Shown here in pieces: positions 32,489 to 42,902 of a DNA stretch of 64,000 nt. Source of the stretch: Macrostomum lignano. Lineage: Eukaryota. The stretch covers positions 124,001-188,000 of the forward strand of contig NIVC01001391.1 of assembly GCA_002269645.1 (NCBI GenBank). Direction: 5' to 3'. The position numbers and the translations under genes were made by a program. Each line of letters opens with the position of its first letter. The stretch's first letter is position 1. A model generated the notes under the pieces. It ran no database searches. It saw only the letters and a list, made by a program, of their open reading frames with translations, and had not been told where the DNA came from.

Positions 32489-33119
32489 ACTACTCGCCTA
32501 CATACATAGCGCAGGCCCTACCAAACTATCCTACCACGCTACCATATCTTGCCTTACAATTCCCGAAGAAGAATGCCCCGTCTGCCTGGAGGCCACCTTT
32601 CAGCAGGTGATGTGCCAACACGGGCACAAAACCTGCTTCAGGTGCGTCGACTCCGGCATGATAGCCACCTGCCCACTATGTCGCGACCCCCTAATAGCGT
32701 GTAGCCTTTGCGGGGATAATCCCCAGGTGAGGCTGTGCCAGTCCCGTCACTGGTGTTGCTTCACCTGCTTGCAAAGGCTAGGTACACGTGGTATCACCTA
32801 TTGCCCTAATTGCCTTGACACTCTCCTTCCCCCGACAGTAGAATTAAACCGAAACATTGAAATCTGGCCAGAGGTAGGCCTACATAACCTAGACCAATTC
32901 ACTACAAAAGAAATCGCCAACAACATCCGAGAGTGGCCGCTGCCGGTCACGTCGCACGACGCACGCCGGCGACTGCTAGCTCTCGGGCGGCAACACGCGA
33001 CAATGGAACCACCGAGACCAGCAGAAGATGTGTACTACCAATTAGCCAACACAACGGACACCGCCCACCAGATGCAACTACAGTACCTGTTCTGGCCAGT
33101 AGCCATTCTGGACGATTAA
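32484..33119 (+). CDS. Tandem C3HC4 RING-finger protein (putative viral E3 ligase)
   Basis: RING1 CPVC-x9-CQHGHKTCFRC-x8-CPLC; RING2 CSLC-x8-CQSRHWCCFTC-x11-CPNC. The ORF is open, but the true start is uncertain because it follows a (TA)n tract. Confidence 0.8.
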
Positions 33120-35768
33120 GTGAAGTAAGTGATGTGAATCTACTTAAGTTTACCTTGCTTGTGGCATCTCGAAAATTAAGCAAATTTTTTAGATTAGTAT
33201 GGCGAGACAGAGCAGGCAAGCCAGCGCCAGAATGTAATCCGGCAGTATTTCTTAATAGCGCGATTGAAGACTCGGTGCGGTCAAAGGCAATGGATACAGA
33301 CTAAAACTTGACTAAATTTAATAAGAATAGTTTTTATTCTGATTTACTCATACAGATTTGGTTTGTCTCTTGGTTCGAGTGAAATTCTGATCCTTTTTAG
33401 GCTCTCAGTTTAATAGGAAAACCTTTCTACTTGTAAAACGAACAGTTAGATTCTCATTTCAGACGTTATCCGAAAAGACGGGGGGTTACGAAAGTACAGT
33501 TGGAATCCAATCTCTAACTTGAGGCCACGTCTCCCAACACCCCCTCAAATTTGGGTTTGATGGACGTACTCTCGCGACGGGGGGGGGGTGAACGCTCGGC
33601 TTTTCGCTCTCGGTTTTCAAGCTTTTGTCTGCCTTTTCCTCGCAGCTATAGTGTTATCGTGGCCCTCTCTTCGATATGTGTGGTAAGCGTTCGCATGAAA
33701 TTGTCTAGGTAAGGAACTCGGGCTTGCTACACTTATTTGCTTGCCTCGATTCTTATAACGCAGCTGTACATCGGATTGAGTTTCTTTGGAGAGGTTAGTA
33801 GATGAAAAATGGTCTTTTCTTTCGTTCTTTGTGAATGTCAATGTGGGTAGAATAGTTCCATATTCTACAGATGGTTCGGTACCTTACCCATTGATTCGTA
33901 TTCGTAATGGAAAAAACGGCTCTTGTTCTTGTCTTGTCTTATCTTGTCTTGCTACAGGCACTTGTTCCCCAGTGTCTAGAAGCGGGAATTTTAGAGTGAT
34001 TGATCACCAGTCTTAATCTCTTCAGTAGTTGTTATTAACTGTGACCGTATAAATAGTGACCCTGTTATATTTCAACATAAAACAAATACTATTTGGGCTC
34101 AAGTAGTTAACTAAATAGCAAAGGCATTATTGTATTGCTCTATCAATACAAAAGAATGGTCCTAGTCTAAAATTTAATCCATAAAATCTATGAAACTAAT
34201 GGCATTAAATTAAAATAATACATAGTACATACATACCGGTTCAAATTAAGTTTTTTAACTTACTCCGCTAGTTGCTGTCAATGCCGAAGCATCAACAATA
34301 ACAAGCTGTGCGTTTAAACTCACCAAAACAGAATCGTCCGTATAGAATTTAAAGAATTTCAGCCGTCTAAAAGCCATGGTGAGGGAGAGACGACCACGAC
34401 TGCCGAGCAGCGCGTGTGCTGATATAGTGTATAGAAAGGCCGCTTGTGCATGCACAGGGGTTGCTGGACTCCGGGGCATGTGGGCAATCCAGATTGGCCG
34501 AGAGGGAGAGGGAGAGAGAGGGAGAGAGAGGCTTATAGTTTTCTGTACAGGTCCAAGGCTTCATTCTGGATTGTGAAAGCGCTTGCCTGCATGACTGCTG
34601 TGTTTGCTCTAAATTTCCTGCCCAATGTGTGAGTCAGACTCAAAAGATTCTAGAATTCTAATCTAACTGGAAGTGAAGGCGGACCCCCCTCTTCTCAGGG
34701 GGCTTGGGGGTTGTGTTCCGCCTGTTGACCAAGTTTGCATGTGCGCGTGACTCCAACCCCACACTTTTCAATTCCTCTTTTACATGTAGGGCAGAAAGCA
34801 CAGAAGATAAGGAGAGAGGGCTTGAAATTGGTCCTTCTGCTTTGCATGGGATGACTCATTGACACCTGAATAGTAGAAGAAGGTCTAGACAGGAAACAGA
34901 AAAGGAAAATGTTTATTTAGCGTACGACAGAAGGCCAAGGCCCAAAGCGAATGAGTGGGTCCACATTTTCTCCTTTGGCGCGAAACCCAGAGGTCCTCTC
35001 TCCCTCACTCTCTATTTTGAGACTGCTCCATCTAGGGACCTTTTGGTCTCTATGTGGGTGGGTTAAGGGCAAGGAAATCTAGATCTACCAGCTGGAATAC
35101 CAATTCTTGAGTGAAGATGCTCGGACCCGGACTCTAGTATGAGCGAGCAAGTGAGAAAAATGGGGAAGAGATGAGAGAATATAGGGATGAAAATCACATA
35201 CTATTATACGTTGTCTTTTATCATACAAAAACATACGGGTACAAATGTGCGTTGAATTTCCAGTTAGTCATCGTAATTCTGAGTCTAAAGCTGTGTGTGC
35301 ACACAAAGGCAGAGCTGAGGCGGTGAGTCGCATGCATTTTTCATGATTTCAAGTTCCCTGCTTTTTCTTAGCTCTTTGTCTTTGACTTTACTCATACTAA
35401 GGACAGGTAAAATGCACTTTTCCGAATGCCATGCGGACACACCTGCCGGGCCATTTCAGATTTAGCCGACTAAATATGTTCAGTCAGCTCAGCTGGGGCA
35501 GCTACATCATCTCTATTCGTCAGTAATCTGAGAGCGACAGGAAACTCAGAGCTGTTTCCCTATTGAAGTACTCCAGTATTTTAATGTCACCGACATGGAA
35601 CTGGTGCTAGTTCTAGTTCTAGATCTCTATGAGTAGGGGGATAGACGAAGCACAAGCTCGTTAGCTCAGTGCTTCAGCTTTATTTTTTGCGCTTCGGAAC
35701 CAAGTCTGAGTTAAAAGCAGAGACCATAAGAATTTTATTGTCTGTGGTTAAAAAGTAAGGGAAGCGAT

Positions 35769-36197
35769 TGCGCCAAGGAGTTCTATAAGTAGCAGCCTGG
35801 AGTGGAAGCGAGTTACCTCATGAGGCCAGACCATGGATGAATAATATAACTGGATCGCCAGAAGCTCGATTTTTTTGGTTCTAGCCATAGACAAGCACCA
35901 GCATCACAAGAAGCTCAGAATGCCGTACTTTCACACATTTTCACTTATCCTACTAAGTATACTTATAAATAAAGGTTTGCAGCTTCTGCAGCGGCTATTT
36001 GTCTATGTGTGAAAGCCCAAAAAAATCGAGCTTCTGGCGATCCAGTTATATTATTCATCCATGGGCCAGACTAGCATAGACAGAGCCATAGACGTTCTGT
36101 GCTGGCTCCTTATGTTTACAATTGGCGTGGCCTCATGACATGAGGTAAAACTCGCTTCCGCTCCAGATTGCTAATTGTAGAGATCCTTGGATTGCGC
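35769..36197. mobile_element. Older fold-back/MITE with ~60-bp imperfect inverted arms
   Basis: CCAAGGA..CTGGAGTGGAAGCGAGTTACCTCATG is inverted at 36129-36197 as CATGAGGTAAAACTCGCTTCCGCTCCAG..TCCTTGG. Confidence 0.65.
35832..36063. mobile_element. MITE with ~47-bp perfect TIRs and 8-bp TSD GGCCAGAC (P-superfamily-like)
   Basis: TIR CATGGATGAATAATATAACTGGATCGCCAGAAGCTCGATTTTTTTGG. The TSD lies at 35824-35831 and 36064-36071. CAT..ATG ends with an 8-bp TSD resemble P elements. Confidence 0.85.
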
Positions 36198-36839
36198 GTG
36201 CAAGGCTTCTAGGGATTTCAGTGTACAGCCTGGGCTTTGCGTGACTCAACTCAACCCTAGCATGCCCATTCTTATCCCACTCTCATTTCTTTGACATTTC
36301 ATTCTTTTCCGAAAGATGGAGCTCTTAAAGCCTTGTGGATGAAAGCCAACCCAAGAAAGGACATAGTTCCTTCCTTCCAAGCACTCGAGAATGTCCTCCC
36401 TGCACTTTGTGCGCAGTGACTTCATCGAGGAACATTCCGACAGCAATTTTCGCCGTTCGAAGAACTTTTGCACGAAGGAGCTGACAAAAGTCGAAAAGGT
36501 GCTTGAAGAAGGACGCACTGTCAACTAGCTTTGCTAATGCCTATCTTGTCGTCAAAGCCAGCCCCTGTTCGACACTCCGCTTCCATTGCAACTGCCTTTG
36601 GTCGTCTAGAAGACATGGGACTGATGGGAGAGGAATTCGAAGATTAAGATGATACTAAAAGATACCGAGGAACTCAAGTGGAAGGGGTGTGGCAAATATC
36701 GGAGGCTTAGCTTCATTCTTGAGCAAACCGGGCTGGCTTCTTTAGTTCAGCAGCCGACAGAATATTATGCATCTACTTATAAAATAGTAATGCAGTTTAG
36801 ATGCTCTCAGTGGAAGTTTATGTAGAGTCATGGCATCAA

Positions 36840-37620
36840 AATGAGAAACATCGCATCAAAATGAGAATCATGGCATCAATATGAGAATCATGGCATCAAT
36901 ATGAGAATCATTGCATCAAAATGAGAGTCATTGCATCAAAATGAGAGTCATGGCATCAAAATGAGAATCATGGCATCAATATGAGAATCATTGCATCAAA
37001 ATGAGAGTCATTGCATCAAAATGAGAATCATGGCATCAAAATGAGAGTCATGGCATCAAAATGAGAATCATGGCATCAATATGAGAACCATGGCATCAAA
37101 ATGAGAATCATGGCATCAAAATGAGAATCATGGCATCAAAATGAGAATCATGGCATCAAAATGAGAATCATGGCATCAATATGAGAATCATGGCTCCAAA
37201 ATGAGAATCATGGCTCCAAAATGAGAATCATTGCATCATAATGAGAATCATGGCATCATAATGAGAATCATGGCATCAAAATGAGACTTGACTTAGCTGC
37301 AGGGGGCGTCCGGCGGATGTAGCGAGGAGGCGGAGGAGACCGCCCATTTCGCTAGCCCCTGGCGACCAATGACTTCCGTTGAAGTGATGTCGCTCAGGGG
37401 GACCCGTCGGTCTCGCCTGCAGCGCGGTCCTCCTCACCGGCGGTGGGGAAGAAGTCAGCTGCATCAAAATGAGAATCATGGCATCAAAATGAGAATCATG
37501 GCATCAAAATGAGAATCATGGCATCAAAATGAGAATCATGGCATCAAAATGAGAATCATGGCATCAAAATGAGAATCATGGCATCAAAATGAGAATCATG
37601 GCATCAAAATGAGAATCATG
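36840..37620 (+). repeat. 20-bp minisatellite ATGAGAATCATGGCATCAAA, interrupted by a unique GC-rich ~180-bp block (~37286-37466)
   Basis: Direct inspection. Confidence 0.95.
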
Positions 37621-38020
37621 GCAAATCAAATAGAGAAATTCAAATAGTCATAGCCAAATAGACCCGCATCCGCAGTCAAGGCGCAGGCGTGGCTGCACTC
37701 GAGCGGTGAGCACAGACCGGACAGTGTCCGAGAAGTCGGAGCTCACGCAGTCCAGCCCAGTGGTTGGGTGGAAGGCGGCTCTGGGGGAGCTGCAGGACTC
37801 GGACAGCAGCTGCGGAGGCGCCGCCCACAGCAGCAGCAGCAGCAAGGCGTGCGGGTGGCATGAGACCAGCGTCCACGTCGCGCCCTTGGACAACCCGCCA
37901 ATGTGGCCAGGAGCTCCGTGCGTCCCTGCCATCGACGGGGTGACGAATTGGTCTCACCCCGGGTATGCAGCCTGGGGGAGCTGTCCCCCACTGTTGGGTT
38001 GGCGGTGGATGGCGGTTTTT
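37286..38020 (-). other. Probable exons of an unidentified host gene
   Basis: GC-rich, CTG-rich blocks (HALLLLLLWAAPPQLLSESC..) between satellite arrays. The reading frame and splice sites were not resolved. Confidence 0.3.
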
Positions 38021-39190
38021 ACAGCGTAAGTCGGTCTGCGGAGGAGCCCTGCGCACCGGGACTCGGGTCCCCACGCTCTCTGGCCACCCGCCGCAGGCCG
38101 CAAATTGGATTCCGCAGTCTCTACCGCCAGTGCCCACCCGCGCAGAGTCAGCGCCCCGGCTGCATGGTGCTACGCACCCGGTCCCATTAGCTACGTCTAG
38201 CTACAATGTCCGTGACCCGAAGAAGAAGAAGAAGAAGAAGCAGGGCGTGCAGCATTATGGCAGCTTTGGCTTGAGACCAGTTAGGACCCGTGGGATTTAG
38301 TGCCAAGCTCCCGGAGACTTGATGCAGAGCAGCAAAGCAACGCGCAGCTCTGGCTTAAACAGAGTCGCGGCTATTTACATTACTCCGAGTCACTGAGCTG
38401 TAATACAAAAAATTCAGGCAGCTGTTACTGCTACGGTGGTATCAGGTATCCGCGGCCCAGAGTGCAATATTTCTGCCTCAGCTTAAACAGAATCGCAGCA
38501 ATTTTTATTCCGCGCCACTGAGCTGCCGCTCGGGAAGCTGACAATACAATTGACTATGAGCAGAGCAAGAACGACAATCGATATTTATCAGCTAGCTTCG
38601 CCCCAGCCAAGCAGAATAGGCACCGAATCCATTCAACTGTTTTCCGCTGCAGTCGGAAGCCAGTTCAAGCACCCATTGCTTTGGAAAAGCTACATTGGGG
38701 TAGCCCGGCAAATGAGACCATTACATTAGATTTGTCATCGGAAGCAGACGGAATGCTCATGCATCTGCCATAATCCTTTATTATGACTTGTTCACTGCGT
38801 CATCGATTTGTTTTGCAAGAATAATCCAGTTTCTCGAGAGCATGCTAAATGCACTGGCGACAAGTTCCCTACCGGCCTCCAGCTCTAAGCGAGTGTAGCC
38901 AGCGTCCAGCTGTCCAAGGCTTAAATCGAGTCAGAAGTTAATAAAGAGAGAAGATTTGAAACAAATGCGCCATGATTGTTTTAATTCGCTTCGCAGGACA
39001 GCCTGGACTGCATCAAATTTATTAATATTTTACACGCTGAAGCGCTCAATCTTCAGGTATGCGAAAATAGACTGATTGGATTAGTGTAAAAATCATAATT
39101 TAGCTAGCTAAAAGTGCAACAAACAGGACTGCAGCTACAGACAGGTGTTGAATAGTGCTGAAGCCAGCATCAGCAAGCACTGCTGTGCCT

Positions 39191-39508
39191 TCACTGGAAG
39201 GAGATGCCGCTGCTGCCGCCGCCGCCGCCGCCGCTCTCCCTGGCAATGCGGCTGCCGTACACTTTGCTGACGATGTTCCAGGTCTCCACGTACCTGTCCA
39301 GGCACATGCTCACGCACTTCTGCTCGGAGGTGGCCAGCTCCCCGCCGGGGCTGGGCACGCACTTCTCGAAGCACTTCTCCGTGGAGGTGTTCACCAGCGA
39401 CTGGATGAGGTTCAGCGCCGTCTGCTGCTGAAGCTGTTCAAGGATTTGGCGCTTATCGGAGTCCGACCCGCCGCCATCGCCGACACCACTGGAGCTGAGG
39501 CTGTCCAT
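39191..39508 (-). CDS. TIMM13: Mitochondrial small Tim chaperone Tim13
   Basis: Twin CX3C (CFEKC, CVSMC) and SEQKC..MCLDRY..WNIVS..Y..R, diagnostic of Tim13. Confidence 0.93.
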   Translation of the reverse strand: MDSLSSSGVGDGGGSDSDKRQILEQLQQQTALNLIQSLVNTSTEKCFEKCVPSPGGELATSEQKCVSMCLDRYVETWNIVSKVYGSRIARESGGGGGGSSGISFQ

Positions 39509-39559
39509 GCTGGCTGGGGAGCTGCGGGGGTCCGTTGGAATTTGAGCTGGGGAATTGAG

Positions 39560-40105
39560 ACTTTCGGAGCGAATGCCGAAGTAGCAAGTACATTGGGGTT
39601 GGCGGGGATGACCAGGGAGAGTAAATTGGGTTTATGGGGGTAGTGATGGAGAGTGTACAATCTGGTTTATGGGGGTGGTGAAGATGTACTTGGGGTTGGC
39701 CATGGAGAGTGTACATTGGGGTTGATGAGGATAGCCAGGAAGAGTGTACATTAGGTACGGGGGTGGTAAAAGAGAGTGTACATTAGGGTTGGCGGGGCCG
39801 GTTTCCAGGGAGTGTATATTGGGCTGGCGGGGATGGCCATAGGGAGACTGTACATTGGGTTGGCGGATATGGCAAGGGAGACTGTACAGTGAGTTGGCGG
39901 CGATGGCAAGGGAGACTGTACAGTGAGTTGGCGGGGATGGCAAGGAAGACTGTACAGTGAGTTGGCGGGGATGGCCATAGAGTGTACATTGGGTTAACGG
40001 GGATGGAAAGGGAGGGTGTACATTGGGGTTGGTGGGAATAGCCAGGGAGAGTGTACATTGAGTTGGCGGGGCCGGTGGCCAGGGAGTGTACATTGGGTTG
40101 GCTAA
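39560..40105. repeat. Degenerate G-rich minisatellite (~40-bp units, GAGAGTGTACATTGGGTTGG..)
   Basis: Recurrent GTGTACATT/GACTGTACA cores. Confidence 0.8.
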
Positions 40106-40939
40106 TAAATAAACAAGCGCAGACACCAGAGGTCCAGTCGGCCCGGGAGAGGACCATTTTATTTTTTTAATCGGCAGCAAAAACGGCAGAATTCCCGGCG
40201 CGAGCACACGGAAGGCGCGGACGCAAACAAGGAGAGGCTGAGATGCACGCCTTGTTTTAGCCTCATGGACACAACAGACGGAACACAAAATATAGCAGGC
40301 CAACAGCAAAGATTTATTATCAAACAAAAAATAAACTAACACAGGTCACAGACAGGCTGGCGGAGGCCAAGATCGACAATAAATGTACTTAAATAAGATC
40401 GTCAGAATAACAAAGGTAAGCAGAACTCATTAGATGCCAAAACCGGAGAATGGGAGAAGGGCGCGCGCGCATTTCTAAGCCAGCCGAAACTCTGACTTCC
40501 GAATGCACACCTGGGCAATTAAGCGGACACTTAACCTGCTCACGGAATTGGAAGATGCAAAGCCGACAGCTCCATATAACAATGAACTGATAAGCAATGT
40601 TTAAGCCGCAAAATAGCACAAAATAGCAATTACAGGGTGGCTACTGGGTAGTTCAAAGGGGCAAATCGCGAAATAAGAATTCAGCTAATAAAGGGCTTGA
40701 TAACAGCTTCTGGATAGATGCATTATCATATGCTAATTAGAATGAGCTGATGTTTAAACTGGATCTCATCAAATACAGGGACTCAGGATTCCGAACTTCT
40801 CAGGCGCGAATTAAGTAGGAGAAAAAACTGCAAAACTGTACTAGCAAAAATTGACAAGAATAAAAATTCTGCAAAAATATAGTCAACTACTTCAGGCTTC
40901 CCTAAATCTCAAACTGCAGATCTGAAAATCTTCGGGTTC

Positions 40940-41470
40940 GTAGGAAATCCCCAGTTGACAAGGGAAATTCTCAACAGAAAGAGGAATCCCCAGTTGACAA
41001 GGGAAATTCCTGACGGAAAGAGGAATCCCCAGTTGCCAAGGTAAACCCTCAGTTGTCACAGGAAATCCCTTTCGGCAAAGGGAATCCCCCTGTTTCCAAG
41101 GGAAATCATTTTCGGCAAGGAAAATCCCCAGTTGTCAAAGGAAATTCCTGACGGAAAGAGGAATCCCCAGATATCAAGGGAAAACCCAGCTGCCAAGGAA
41201 AACCTTCAGTTGTCACGGGAAATCCTTTTCGGACAGGGGAATCCCTAGTTGGAAAGGGCATTCCCCAGTTTCCAAGGGAAATCCCTCCTCAGTTGTCAAG
41301 GGAAATCTCTGTCGGCAAGGGGAAACCCAATTTGGCAAGGAAAATCCACAGTTGCTAAGGGAAATCTCAAGTCAGCAAGGGAATTTCCAAGGAAATTGAT
41401 TCTTGAGTGTTTGACTAAAAAACCCCAGTGCTGGCGCGAAATCCTCAGTCGAAAAAGGAAATCCCCAGTT
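40940..41470. repeat. Degenerate GGAAATCCCCAGTTG..AAGG repeats
   Basis: Direct inspection. Confidence 0.75.
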
Positions 41471-41512
41471 GCTATGCAAAAGGGACTCGGCACAAGCGGA
41501 GAGATCAGGGGG

Positions 41513-42283
41513 TCACATAAAGTCGTCAAAGTCGTCATAATCGTCGTAGCCCTCGCCGTCGAGAGCCGCCGGGTCCCGCTCGACCTTTACAGTGCCCTTG
41601 GCCTTCTTCGGCTTGCCCTTAGCCGTCTTTTGCATTTTTTGTTTCTCAGTCGCCAGCGCGCCAAAAGAAGTGGAGAGGCGGCGCAGGCACTCGGGGTCCA
41701 GCTCGAGCGCGCACTCCCTGTAGACGCCTTCAATGAATCCCGGGTAGTGCGGCGAGGTCTCCAGGCTGCGCAGCTTCTGGGAGAGCAACCGGGCCAGCTT
41801 GTCGAAGTCCTCCTTGCCGCTCGGCTGCAGCAGGTCGATTGACTTCTCCGGGATGATGCCAGCAGCCGCGGCTGCTTCGTTGACCCCGAAGGTGTCCTTG
41901 GTGATGAGCAGGTCGGACTCCTCCTGCAGCTTGCGCAGCTCCTCCGCTGTCAGGTTCTTGACGGCGGCTCCGCCCGCCTCCGCCGAGTCCGGAGCGCTCT
42001 GCTTTTTCCGCTCTTCGACTTCGGTTTTCTTCTTCTCCAGCGCCTCGGCCAGCGCTTTTTTGCCCTTCTTCGGCTTCGTGGAGGTCGCGGCGGCGGCCGG
42101 CTTCTTGTCGGCTGAGGCGGCGGAGGCAGCCGCGGGCGCGGCCGGCTCGGCGTCCCAGGCGTCGGGCACCTCGTCCTCGTCTTCGCCCTCCCACTTGTCC
42201 GTCTTCGGCGGCACCGACAGCGGAATCAGCGAGGGCCCGCCGGCCTCCAGGGTTTCGGCTTCGTCCTCCCAGGTGTCGGCCAT
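41513..42283 (-). CDS. EIF3J: Eukaryotic translation initiation factor 3 subunit J, single exon
   Basis: MADTWEDE..DKWEGEDEDEVPDAWD..LQEESDL..TFG..KEDF..HY..EKQK..DDYDDFDDFM. Confidence 0.95.
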   Translation of the reverse strand: MADTWEDEAETLEAGGPSLIPLSVPPKTDKWEGEDEDEVPDAWDAEPAAPAAASAASADKKPAAAATSTKPKKGKKALAEALEKKKTEVEERKKQSAPDSAEAGGAAVKNLTAEELRKLQEESDLLITKDTFGVNEAAAAAGIIPEKSIDLLQPSGKEDFDKLARLLSQKLRSLETSPHYPGFIEGVYRECALELDPECLRRLSTSFGALATEKQKMQKTAKGKPKKAKGTVKVERDPAALDGEGYDDYDDFDDFM

Positions 42284-42439
42284 GCGAACTGCAGCTGGTG
42301 CGGTTGCGGGGTCGGGGGGAGGCATAATTTGTCTACCTGCTTTGGGAGTTACCGGCAGCCTCTATTACTTTCCTATAGATAATTTAGGGATACTAACAAA
42401 AGAGATCTTAAAGCAGGGCTTGAAATGCCAACTCTCGTA

Positions 42440-42545
42440 AAAAGTCACTGACAGTCAAGTGTCACCGATAGTCAAATGTCACTGACAGTCAAATGTCACT
42501 GACAGTCAAATGTCACTGACAGTCAAATATCACTGACAGTCAAAT
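42440..42545. repeat. 17-bp tandem repeat GTCACTGACAGTCAAAT
   Basis: About six copies. Confidence 0.85.
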
Positions 42546-42902
42546 GACGGTATCCTGGTTTGTTTGATCAATCTCTAATTACTTAACTAACCGAATACTC
42601 CAGCCAGCTATTTATCGGACAGAGATGTACTTTGAAATGAAACGCAGAGACGACAAGCAGTTAAAGGCTCAACAGCAAAGGTGCAGGTGAGCACACGTGT
42701 ATTTCCAGTCAATGAGCCTCAGGTTGAGTTCATGACAATGGAAGCGAATATTTTTAGTATTTGAAACTCTACAGAACAGTGAATTGCTGGTATGCATGTG
42801 GCTAAAACACTGGACAAAATGCCATCTTCTACGCTGCATCGCAACTTATACTACTGAACAAAGCAATGAGTAGTCAGCAAAGGATTTTTATAAAGAATTT
42901 TG

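Noticed and set aside
1-34000. Bacterial or phage contamination as the source of the nuclease, dUTPase and intron
   Set aside because: Neighbouring genes are Polinton hallmarks with Kozak-type starts, GT-AG introns and 6-bp TSDs. Contiguity with the host genes should still be confirmed with reads.
34255-34400. Possible minus-strand host first exon MAFRRLKFFKFYTDDSVL followed by GTGAGT
   Set aside because: No downstream exons could be linked and no family was recognised.
36246-36524. 92-aa minus-strand ORF
   Set aside because: No recognisable homology and no start or splice support.
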